From NCBI GenBank assembly GCA_038735675.1, contig JAVYNJ010000006.1:1-28325 (forward strand): a DNA stretch of 28,325 nucleotides, in the 5' to 3' direction. This DNA is from Nanopusillaceae archaeon. Its GTDB lineage: Archaea; Nanobdellota; Nanobdellia; Nanobdellales; Nanobdellaceae. Positions 1 to 8,839 of this stretch are shown here, one piece after another. The translations under genes were made by a program, and so were the position numbers. Numbering within the stretch: position 1 is the stretch's first letter; each line of letters opens with the position of its first letter. A model generated the notes under the pieces. It was not told the DNA's origin. It ran no database searches and saw only the letters and a list, made by a program, of their open reading frames with translations.

Positions 1-904
1 GTCTTTCATTTCTTTCTCTTACTTCTCTAGATAAACTACTATGATGAATTTCTATTGGATAATCTGGTATCCATTTTTTAAATCTAGAAACTAACAATTC
101 TGCCATTTCTCTAGTATTAACAAATATTATTACCGATTTATGTTTATCTAAAATTTCTTTTATTTTTCTTAAACTCCAAATAATTTTTGGACTCCATCCA
201 AATTTTTTGCTTAATTCAACGTCTTCCTCAGTAATCTCTGGATAAAATACTTCTATATCATATTTTTTTATGCCATACCAAAAAGCAATATCAAAATCTC
301 TATAACCAAAAATAAATTTTCCTGCTAATTCCAGATCTCCGATAGTTGCAGATAATGCAATTCTTTGAAATTCTCCAGAAAAATTAACTAATCTCTCTAA
401 ACCTAAAGATAATTGTATTCCTCTTTTATCATCCAACAATTCATGTAATTCATCAATTATTACAAACTTAACCGTTTTTAAATATTCTTTTAGTTTTTTT
501 CCTAAAAATAATGCTTGAAATGTTTCTGGTGTAGTTATTAAAAATTCTGGAGGTTTTTTTGATTGTCTAGATCTTTCAGATTGAGAAGTATCGCCATGCC
601 TTATTGCAATACTTATATCCAAATTACTACACCACCAAATTAATCTATCTAACATATCTCTATTTAAAGCTCTTAAGGGAGTAATGTAAATCGCTAAAAT
701 TCCATTCTTGTTTTCTTTTTCTTTTATATCTAATATTTTTGAAAAAACTGGGATAACTGCAGCTTCTGTTTTTCCAGAACCTGTAGGAGAAACAATTAAC
801 GTATTTTTTCCAGATAAAATTTTTGGTATAGCAATCTTCTGTATTTCATTAAATTCAGAAAATCTTTCCAAAAATAAATTTTTTACTTCTTTTCTTAGAT
901 TCAT
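1..904 (-). CDS. lhr: Lhr-type DExH-box superfamily-2 helicase, N-terminal ~301 aa; the ORF runs off the left edge of the window
   Basis: My own minus-strand translation from the ATG at 904..902 reads MNLRKEVKNLFLERFSEFNEIQKIAIPKILSGKNTLIVSPTGSGKTEAAV... Ordered helicase motifs follow: PTGSGKT (I), TPLRAL (Ia), TTPE (Ib), DELH (II), SAT (III), FVNTR (IV), HHSSLSRE. It is absent from the ORF track because it has no stop in the window. ATGA start/stop overlap with the upstream gene. Confidence 0.85.
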   Translation of the reverse strand, partial: MNLRKEVKNLFLERFSEFNEIQKIAIPKILSGKNTLIVSPTGSGKTEAAVIPVFSKILDIKEKENKNGILAIYITPLRALNRDMLDRLIWWCSNLDISIAIRHGDTSQSERSRQSKKPPEFLITTPETFQALFLGKKLKEYLKTVKFVIIDELHELLDDKRGIQLSLGLERLVNFSGEFQRIALSATIGDLELAGKFIFGYRDFDIAFWYGIKKYDIEVFYPEITEEDVELSKKFGWSPKIIWSLRKIKEILDKHKSVIIFVNTREMAELLVSRFKKWIPDYPIEIHHSSLSREVRERNER

Positions 905-1560
905 ATTTCTTTAATTAAAATTCCTTCTAAAGTAAATATGCTATAATTTTTGATTTTTTTTGCAATTGGCCCATGAAAACTTCCAACTTCCCAATAACCA
1001 GCTAAATCAGAAAATGCGGGTAAGATTATTATTTCCTTGCTATTAAAGTTTCCTATAACAAATACTTTTTCATATATAGACTCTCCTACATATGTCTTTA
1101 AATTATAAACAAAATGATGATGGCCTATTACATACATGTTACAATCAAAATTGCTTTTCATATTTCCATGGGTAAATACAACATTCCCGATCTTTAATTC
1201 TTTTAGCAATTTTACTTTTTCATCCTCTTTTATTATCTTATTTAAACCTCCATCATGATTTCCTCTAAGTATGTAAATTTTATCAAATATTTCTTTTAAT
1301 TTTTCAATAAAATATGGGATTTCTTTCATTTCCAAAACACTAATCTTAGGAACATTATGTTTTAAATCACCAACAATTATAATTGACTTAGTTTTGTATT
1401 TCATATGCAAATCTTCAACTTTTTTTATTAGATAATCCGTAGCTGCAGGTATATTTATACCGGTCCCAAAAAGTTCCCTTTCGATTCCTATATGCAAATC
1501 AGAAATCACTAAATAATTTTTCTTAAAGATTAATGCTTCTTTTCCAGTGAATTGAAACAT
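901..1560 (-). CDS. Calcineurin-like metallophosphoesterase (COG1407/MPE type, the family usually paired with Lhr)
   Basis: 219 aa with the metallophosphoesterase motifs in order: ISDLHIG, GDLKHN, GNHD, GHHH. 4-nt ATGA overlap with the Lhr start and 1-nt overlap (TAATG) with the upstream gene. Confidence 0.85.
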   Translation of the reverse strand: MFQFTGKEALIFKKNYLVISDLHIGIERELFGTGINIPAATDYLIKKVEDLHMKYKTKSIIIVGDLKHNVPKISVLEMKEIPYFIEKLKEIFDKIYILRGNHDGGLNKIIKEDEKVKLLKELKIGNVVFTHGNMKSNFDCNMYVIGHHHFVYNLKTYVGESIYEKVFVIGNFNSKEIIILPAFSDLAGYWEVGSFHGPIAKKIKNYSIFTLEGILIKEI

Positions 1561-3296
1561 TATTTATAAATAGTAAATTTTCCAAACTTTTTTTTGAGAA
1601 ATTCTAATATTCTATCATCTATAAGATTTCTTAATTTATTCATATGTCTCAAAATTTTTTCAAAATTTTTTTTATCTAATTCTTCTATTTTCTCACCTTC
1701 ATGATTATATATTTCTACTTTATCTAGAACTAGACAAAACTTATCTTCAAAGACAATTAAATCATACACATTTCCATCCGAAATTTGTATTTTGTATGAA
1801 TATCTAGAGAGCACATCTTCCAAAATTCCAGATAAAAAGTCTTTAAATGCTCTATTCAAAATTTTGATGTTCTCTCTTAACTTTTTATGCTCTAAAAGAT
1901 CGAATTTTTCTTCCATATAATATTTAATTTCGTTTTCTACTTCATTAAACAGGTTTTGTAAGTTCTGAAATTTTTCATTTATTATATCTACTATTTTTCT
2001 ACTATATATATCTTCTAGTCTCGCTTTTAACGTATTATATTCTTCGATATAATATATCAATTCCTGTTTTTCTCTCTCTTGATCTATTAAAATTTTTAAC
2101 ACTTTCATTCTGTTTACAAATTTTTCAGCAATATCAATCCATTTTATTAAATCATTATATTCAAATTCTTTAATTTCTCCATGTTCAAATTTTTTTCTTA
2201 AATTCCAGATTTCTTCTAAATTTTTTATATAATCTTCTTCTAAAATTCCCTTTTCTTTTACAAAAATTTCTTTTATATAATTAATAGTTTCTTTTGGATC
2301 CGTTGGAGGTAAACCATAGCTAATCAATACTGCTTGAGCTGATGTAATCATTGAAATAGCAACATTTTCTATTAAAAGAATATTTATAGTTGTTTTCAAT
2401 CTTTCCTTAGTTTCTTTTATCATTAAATCTGAAGAATTTAATAGTTTATCTCCGGCCTCTTTAGAAGGTTTAATTATTCCTTTTGTTAATAATTGCTTCC
2501 ACGCAATATAAACACCTCGATCATAAAAAGCAATTCCATCTCTAAGAAAAGTATATATAACTGGATTTGCTTCTGCTAAAGAATACCAAAATTCTGTTAA
2601 AGTATAAACTTGTGGATGTAAGATTTTCTTCGAATTTAAAATTATTTGGCATTCAATAGCTTTAGAATTGACAATTTGATACAATTTAGATTTTAGTTCC
2701 TCATGAGTATGTTTTTTTACATCAGTATCATCAATAATAACATATACATCTACATCAGAAGTTTCAACATTTCTTCCTTTAACTTGCGATCCTGCTAAAG
2801 CATAAGCTACAACATATTTAGAAAAAGTCTCTATTAAAAGATTTTTATGTAGAACCACTAATTTGAATATTTCTAATATTCCTTTATCATATATTACTTC
2901 TCCACTAGCTATTAAATCTAACAAATCGAATCTTGAATCCATTGAAATATCTTTTATATCTGTCATTGTTATAACATGAACCCATAAATCAAGATTTTTT
3001 TCTTTGATATAATTAATAAAATTTTCCAAAAGTTCATATTTTAATTTTATCTTTTCTTCAAGGGATTCTAAATCATAATCGGAAATTAATATCACTAAAT
3101 GGTTTTTATTCTTTATTTCATTTTCATATTTCTTTTTAAGTTCTTCAGCATCTAAAAAATCTATTTTCTTAACATAAAAATATAAATCTTCTAATAATTT
3201 AATAATTTCTTCTTTTTTTTCTTTAAAAATCGCAACTCCAAGTATTTTATCTTTAAATTTAGATTTTTCTAAATAATTTAAAATCTCTTTTTCCAT
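1560..3296 (-). CDS. Large nucleotidyltransferase-HEPN fusion protein (pol-beta-type NTase domain plus HEPN-like domain, coiled-coil C-terminal region)
   Basis: 578 aa. Minimal NTase signature AGSQVKGRNVETSDVDVYVIIDD (nt 2739..2792). About 180 aa downstream lies a helical region with an Rx4H HEPN motif, RKKFEH (nt 2181..2198). The N-terminal 160 aa look like a second, degenerate NTase fold (ILGVAIF..LVILISDYD..GEVIYDKG) lacking the GS and DxD residues. Confidence 0.6.
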   Translation of the reverse strand: MEKEILNYLEKSKFKDKILGVAIFKEKKEEIIKLLEDLYFYVKKIDFLDAEELKKKYENEIKNKNHLVILISDYDLESLEEKIKLKYELLENFINYIKEKNLDLWVHVITMTDIKDISMDSRFDLLDLIASGEVIYDKGILEIFKLVVLHKNLLIETFSKYVVAYALAGSQVKGRNVETSDVDVYVIIDDTDVKKHTHEELKSKLYQIVNSKAIECQIILNSKKILHPQVYTLTEFWYSLAEANPVIYTFLRDGIAFYDRGVYIAWKQLLTKGIIKPSKEAGDKLLNSSDLMIKETKERLKTTINILLIENVAISMITSAQAVLISYGLPPTDPKETINYIKEIFVKEKGILEEDYIKNLEEIWNLRKKFEHGEIKEFEYNDLIKWIDIAEKFVNRMKVLKILIDQEREKQELIYYIEEYNTLKARLEDIYSRKIVDIINEKFQNLQNLFNEVENEIKYYMEEKFDLLEHKKLRENIKILNRAFKDFLSGILEDVLSRYSYKIQISDGNVYDLIVFEDKFCLVLDKVEIYNHEGEKIEELDKKNFEKILRHMNKLRNLIDDRILEFLKKKFGKFTIYK

Positions 3297-3318
3297 AAAA
3301 TCAAATAATTAAACATAT

Positions 3319-3813
3319 TTATATATTTTTTCTAATCCATTTAAGAAGATCTTTTAGGTTGATTTCTTCAGTTTTTTCATTTTCTATTTTATCTTCTCTT
3401 TTAAAAGAGATCATACTAATGATTTTATTTTTTAAATATTCTAAATCGGTGCTTTCTGCCTTTTTTCTAGGTAAAATTAGCTTAACATTGTCTTCATCAA
3501 ATTTAGGAAAAACTTCTATAGAAATATGTTTTGTTTTTTCGTAATCTTTATTAGAATACAACAAAATAATAATTTTATTCGTATTAAAAATAATTTTTAA
3601 AATCTCAGAAAGCTTTTTAGCTAAAACTAACATTTTTATATACACTTCGTCATTTAAACTACTTAAATCTTCGTAATGCTTTTTTGGAAATATTGTTAAA
3701 TGTCCTGGATTAATAGGAAATATATTTAAAACACACATAATATCTTCATCCTCATATATTTTGAAAGAAGGAATTATATTTTCTGCAATTTTACAAAATA
3801 CACATTCTTCCAT
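3319..3813 (-). CDS. HIT-superfamily protein with a degenerate histidine triad
   Basis: 164 aa. N-terminal CVFCKI (CxxC) and PGHLTIFPKKH are typical of HIT/Hint proteins. The triad position reads HISIEVFP (nt 3514..3528) instead of HxHxHxx. Confidence 0.7.
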   Translation of the reverse strand: MEECVFCKIAENIIPSFKIYEDEDIMCVLNIFPINPGHLTIFPKKHYEDLSSLNDEVYIKMLVLAKKLSEILKIIFNTNKIIILLYSNKDYEKTKHISIEVFPKFDEDNVKLILPRKKAESTDLEYLKNKIISMISFKREDKIENEKTEEINLKDLLKWIRKNI

Positions 3814-3834
3814 AAAACTTTAATTTAATTTTTA

Positions 3835-4797
3835 ATGATAAATTTTTTTATGATAAAATTAGTATTGTCCATATTAAGTATTAAAATTGCATCAATCGCA
3901 ACATATTTAGCAACGGAAATTTTAGCAAAATATGTTTACTCCTATTCTAAAAATTTCAAAGATTTTGGGAAAATATTTTTATTTATATATGCTGGATTAT
4001 TATTTACTTTGATACCTTTAATGATTTCAATAAATTTAGCTTTACTTGGAGAAACAAATTTAGCTTATTATAACATTCTATATAATGTTTTGTTAGACTC
4101 TACAATATCTAGCGGAATATTAATTTTAATAAGCAAAAAAGAAGAATCTATATCTTTAGATAAGAAACTAATTTTTATAATATCCTTAATATTTACTATA
4201 AACATATTTTTAATAATAAAAAGGTTTTTAAATACAGTAGATTCTCTTTTATTATTCTCTTTATTTATTATTTTATCTATATTTTTGTTGAATGATATCA
4301 AAAAAACTAAAATCTACAAAAATTTAGAAAAAAAAGATCATGATAAAATTAATATCCTAACTAAGATTTTTTTTATTTTATTTTCATTTATTATTTTCAT
4401 AATTAGCAGTCAAATTTTATCTTACAATGCTATTTATCTAAAAAGCACGTTAAAAAATATCCCATTAGTTGCTTATATAATAAATTTAGTGTCTAATACA
4501 GCTCCTACACTGATTTTTGGATATGTAATTTATAAAGAATCTAAAAATTTTGAAGAAGGATATATATCGATACTTGGTCAATTCTTTTATTCCTTTACTA
4601 TAGGTATAGGAATAATTTCTGGAATATATCCCATTCTATTTACAGGTAAAGATATAAATGCGATCATTTCTTCTTTTTTAACGCTATATTCCTCTTTAAT
4701 AATCTTTAATTTATATGCCTATGGTTATAATCTTCCTAAAGAGATTGGAATATTTTTGATTATATTAGGCTTTCTAATCAGTTTAACGACAATATAA
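3835..4797 (+). CDS. Polytopic membrane protein (about 10 TM segments in two halves joined by a charged loop); function unknown, possibly transporter-like
   Basis: 320-aa hydrophobic ORF with a 5+5 TM-like layout around KKTKIYKNLEKKDHDK. No motif I can assign with confidence. The true start may be the second Met at 3850, given an AAAACTTTAATTT promoter-like element at 3814..3826. Confidence 0.45.
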   Translation: MINFFMIKLVLSILSIKIASIATYLATEILAKYVYSYSKNFKDFGKIFLFIYAGLLFTLIPLMISINLALLGETNLAYYNILYNVLLDSTISSGILILISKKEESISLDKKLIFIISLIFTINIFLIIKRFLNTVDSLLLFSLFIILSIFLLNDIKKTKIYKNLEKKDHDKINILTKIFFILFSFIIFIISSQILSYNAIYLKSTLKNIPLVAYIINLVSNTAPTLIFGYVIYKESKNFEEGYISILGQFFYSFTIGIGIISGIYPILFTGKDINAIISSFLTLYSSLIIFNLYAYGYNLPKEIGIFLIILGFLISLTTI

Positions 4798-4826
4798 TTA
4801 AAAATTTATTGATGTGTATCTAACTA

Positions 4827-4943
4827 ATGAGAAGAAGTTCCAGAAGGTGGAAAAAGTATAGAAGACCTCGTTGGAAATGGCAAAAGAAAAGAATGAAAGA
4901 AGAAAAAAGATTAAGAAAAATGGCAAGATTAAGGGCGATATAA
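4827..4943 (+). CDS. rpl41e: Ribosomal protein eL41 (38 aa)
   Basis: Small ORF below the ORF-track size cutoff: MRRSSRRWKKYRRPRWKWQKKRMKEEKRLRKMARLRAI. It is extremely basic and carries the RxWKK..RWKWxKKR pattern of archaeal and eukaryotic L41e. A TATA-like TTAAAAATTTA lies about 24 nt upstream. Confidence 0.7.
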   Translation: MRRSSRRWKKYRRPRWKWQKKRMKEEKRLRKMARLRAI

Positions 4944-4954
4944 AACTTTAAAAA
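4942..4954 (+). promoter_or_regulatory. BRE/TATA-like element AAAACTTTAAAAA, candidate 16S rRNA promoter
   Basis: An A-rich BRE-like run followed by TTTAAAAA, about 27-30 nt upstream of where the GC-rich leader begins (4981). The same 13-mer recurs at 26201..26213, and a close variant at 3814..3826. Confidence 0.35.
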
Positions 4955-4980
4955 CTATCCTATACGACTTAATATATATA

Positions 4981-5032
4981 CCCTGTAGGGTCTCGCCTTC
5001 AGATACCTATGAAGTAGGCATCCCCTACAGGG
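4981..5032 (+). ncRNA. GC-rich hairpin at the start of the 16S leader (10-bp perfect stem CCCTGTAGGG/CCCTACAGGG with a nested inner stem)
   Basis: 4981..4990 is the exact reverse complement of 5023..5032. Inside, GCCT..TTCA / TGAA..AGGC can pair with a GT bulge. The GC content stands out against the AT-rich flanks. Confidence 0.4.
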
Positions 5033-5060
5033 AATAAATGTGGAGATATCCGAAATGGAA

Positions 5061-5077
5061 GAGGTTATCCTGGATTT
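5061..5077 (+). other. 16S processing-stem 5' strand (GAGGTTATCCTGGATTT)
   Basis: Perfect 17-nt reverse complement of 6622..6638, bracketing the 16S gene. Confidence 0.8.
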
Positions 5078-5125
5078 GCGGCCGTATTTCTCGGGTTTAG
5101 GCCCGCGGTGGATTTAATCCACCGA

Positions 5126-6617
<1,492 letters not shown>

Positions 6618-6621
6618 AGTT

Positions 6622-6638
6622 AAATCCAGGATAACCTC
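6622..6638 (+). other. 16S processing-stem 3' strand (AAATCCAGGATAACCTC)
   Basis: Reverse complement of 5061..5077. It begins only 5 nt after GGATC of the 16S 3' region. Confidence 0.8.
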
Positions 6639-6675
6639 CAAAATTTCAAATTTTTTTAGCTCTAAATTTTTCTAT

Positions 6676-7923
6676 ATGTTTGAAATAAAGAACAGAGACA
6701 TTGCAGGGCGAATTGGGATTTTAAATATAGATAATAAAAAAATAGAAACTCCGATCTTGCTACCCGTAATAAATCCAAAGAAACAGGATATATCTCCAAA
6801 AGAAATGCAAGAAAAATATAAAGTACAAGCAATAATGACTAATGCTTATATTATCTATTCTGATAAATTATTAAGAGAAAAGATGATTGAAATTGGTTTA
6901 CATAATTATTTTAATTTCTCTGGAGTTATAGAAACTGATTCTGGGTCATATCAAATCTTACACTACAAGAAAGATATTGATTTATCTAATGAAGAAATTG
7001 TCAATTTTCAAATAAAAATAGGAAGTAACATAATAAATGTTTTAGATTTGCCTACAGATATAGATAAAAGCTGGGAAGAAGCTAAAAAAGAATTGGAAAT
7101 CACAATTAACAGAATCAAAGAAGGAATAAAAATTAGAGATTCTTTAAATAAAAAAGTATTAATTAATGGCGCAATTCAGGGCGGCATATATATAGATCTT
7201 AGAAAAACATCTGCTATAGAAGTAAACAAACTAAATGTAGATATTTATGCTATAGGAACTATAGTTCCATATATGATAAAATACGATTTCCAAAGATTGT
7301 TTGAAACAATAATAATTCCTCGTATCTTCTTGTCTCTAAATAAGCCAGTTCATCTGTTTGGATTAGGGCATACTTTGACAATTCCGTTATCAGTAGCAAT
7401 AGGATGTGATATATTTGATTCCGCTTCATATGCTCTATATGCTAATGACAATAGAATAATAACTCACTATGGGACTCTCAGATTAGATGAATTAGAAGAT
7501 TTTTATTTAGAAACAAAAAATAAAAATTATCATATTTCGGAAATTAAAGAAATGCAAAAGGAAGAAAGAAATAGAATAATATCTGAGCATAATTTATTTA
7601 CATTGTTAAAGGAAATTTCCATAATTAAAAATGCTATAAAAAATCAATATTTATTTGATATTATTTTATTCAAGGCTCATTATCACAAATCGATATATAT
7701 AGCTACAAAATATGTATTAGAAAACTTTTATTATTGGTTAAAAAAATTAGATCCAATAAGAAAACGTAGCGGAATAGTTTATGATGGAGATTTACTAGAT
7801 ATAAGAACAGATATAAAAAGGGCTAGAGAAAGATTAAAAGAAAGGGTAGATCCAAGAGATTTCGAAGATATATATGAATACGTATTTCCCTTTAATAGCA
7901 TAAAAAATGATAAAATATTATGA
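6676..7923 (+). CDS. tgtA: Archaeosine tRNA-guanine transglycosylase (ArcTGT), catalytic domain only, lacking the Zn-binding cysteines and the PUA region
   Basis: 415 aa. MFEIKNRDIAGRIGILNIDNKKIETPILLPVINPKK matches the ArcTGT N-terminus. Also present are IETDSGSYQ (catalytic Asp region), LFGLGH and CDIFDSASYALYA. The protein ends about 150-170 aa short of full-length ArcTGT. Confidence 0.85.
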   Translation: MFEIKNRDIAGRIGILNIDNKKIETPILLPVINPKKQDISPKEMQEKYKVQAIMTNAYIIYSDKLLREKMIEIGLHNYFNFSGVIETDSGSYQILHYKKDIDLSNEEIVNFQIKIGSNIINVLDLPTDIDKSWEEAKKELEITINRIKEGIKIRDSLNKKVLINGAIQGGIYIDLRKTSAIEVNKLNVDIYAIGTIVPYMIKYDFQRLFETIIIPRIFLSLNKPVHLFGLGHTLTIPLSVAIGCDIFDSASYALYANDNRIITHYGTLRLDELEDFYLETKNKNYHISEIKEMQKEERNRIISEHNLFTLLKEISIIKNAIKNQYLFDIILFKAHYHKSIYIATKYVLENFYYWLKKLDPIRKRSGIVYDGDLLDIRTDIKRARERLKERVDPRDFEDIYEYVFPFNSIKNDKIL

Positions 7924-8401
7924 AAGAATCATAAAAAGAGAAATAAGAAAAACGAAAAAATTTAGAAAAAATAATATTGTAAGAATTGTTGGAATAAAAT
8001 CAAATACTTATGATTTTTCAATGAATATTATTAAAAAAATATCCGAAAAATATAGTCTAAACTTAAAAATAGACGAAAATGTTTATAAAAATCTGGGAGA
8101 TTTGGAATTAAAAGAAGATAGTATATTAATAATACCATTAGAAGGTGTTTTCTTATCTTATATAATTTATAAAACTGAAAATATAGATCGATTTTATCTT
8201 ATTTTCAAAAAATATAAACCATTAAATATTTGCTATAGAGTTTCGGAATTTGTTTTATCCAAATATCTAAATAAAAAACCATATAAGATAGATGAAAAAT
8301 ATTTTAAAATAATAGAATTTATGTATAAAATTTTTGAAAAAAATGAAAAATATGCAATAGCTGTAGGAAAGTTTTTAGATTATATTGAAAAATATTATTA
8401 A
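7907..8401 (+). CDS. Hypothetical protein, 164 aa, translationally coupled to tgtA (17-nt overlap)
   Basis: ORF with the codon bias of its neighbours and no recognisable motif. It overlaps the tgtA 3' end in another frame. Confidence 0.4.
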   Translation: MIKYYERIIKREIRKTKKFRKNNIVRIVGIKSNTYDFSMNIIKKISEKYSLNLKIDENVYKNLGDLELKEDSILIIPLEGVFLSYIIYKTENIDRFYLIFKKYKPLNICYRVSEFVLSKYLNKKPYKIDEKYFKIIEFMYKIFEKNEKYAIAVGKFLDYIEKYY

Positions 8402-8426
8402 ACTTTTATCCATTTAATTATCTTCT

Positions 8427-8837
8427 ATGCCAGTATTTAAGTTACGTGGATATACAATTGAAGAACTTCAAAAAATGTCTCTAGAAGAATTTATGTTAAA
8501 AGTAGCTAATTCAAGAATTAGAAGAACTTTATCTCGCAGATTAAAAATTGGCTTTCCACCAGAATGGGAAAGATTTTATGAAAAATGTAAGTTACAAAAA
8601 GAAGGAAAATATAAAAAACCGGTAAAAACTCATGCTAGAGAAATTCCTATACTGCCTTTTATGGTAGGATGTAAAATTTCAGTATATAATGGAAAAGAAT
8701 ATGTAGAATACGAAGTAAAACCAGAAATGGTAGGAAGAAGAATTGGAGAATTCTCATTTACAACAAAGAAAGTTAAGCATTCTGCACCTGGAATTGGAGC
8801 TTCTAGATCTTCAAAATTCATGAAAGCTAGCAAATAA
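8427..8837 (+). CDS. rps19p: Ribosomal protein uS19 (S19p/S15e)
   Basis: 136 aa with THAREIPILPFMVG..VYNGKEY..VKPEMVGRRIGEFSFTTKKVKHSAPGIGASRSSKF, the conserved uS19 core. Confidence 0.9.
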   Translation: MPVFKLRGYTIEELQKMSLEEFMLKVANSRIRRTLSRRLKIGFPPEWERFYEKCKLQKEGKYKKPVKTHAREIPILPFMVGCKISVYNGKEYVEYEVKPEMVGRRIGEFSFTTKKVKHSAPGIGASRSSKFMKASK

Positions 8838-8839
8838 GA

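Noticed and set aside
708-914. Short plus-strand ORF, together with similar antisense ORFs at 3359..3544, 4068..4301, 8630..8833, 16971..17186, 21796..22146, 22463..22825, 23212..23481, 24621..24815, 25238..25504 and 25628..25840
   Set aside because: Each lies antisense within a well-supported longer gene (or across tRNA-His). Their low-complexity F/I/L/S-rich translations are typical of the reverse frame of AT-rich coding DNA.
4981-5032. C/D-box sRNA, K-turn or split-tRNA-half interpretation of the 16S-leader hairpin
   Set aside because: No RUGAUGA/CUGA box pair in the correct orientation. TCAGA and TGAAGT only loosely resemble D' and C' boxes and are placed wrongly relative to the stem. 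No tRNA-half features. It is kept only as an unexplained hairpin.
7907-8401. The idea that the ORF overlapping tgtA is the detached C2/PUA part of ArcTGT (an adjacent split)
   Set aside because: Its sequence shows none of the Gly-rich PUA-domain features I would expect and looks unrelated. I could not support a degenerate PP-loop either, so it remains hypothetical.
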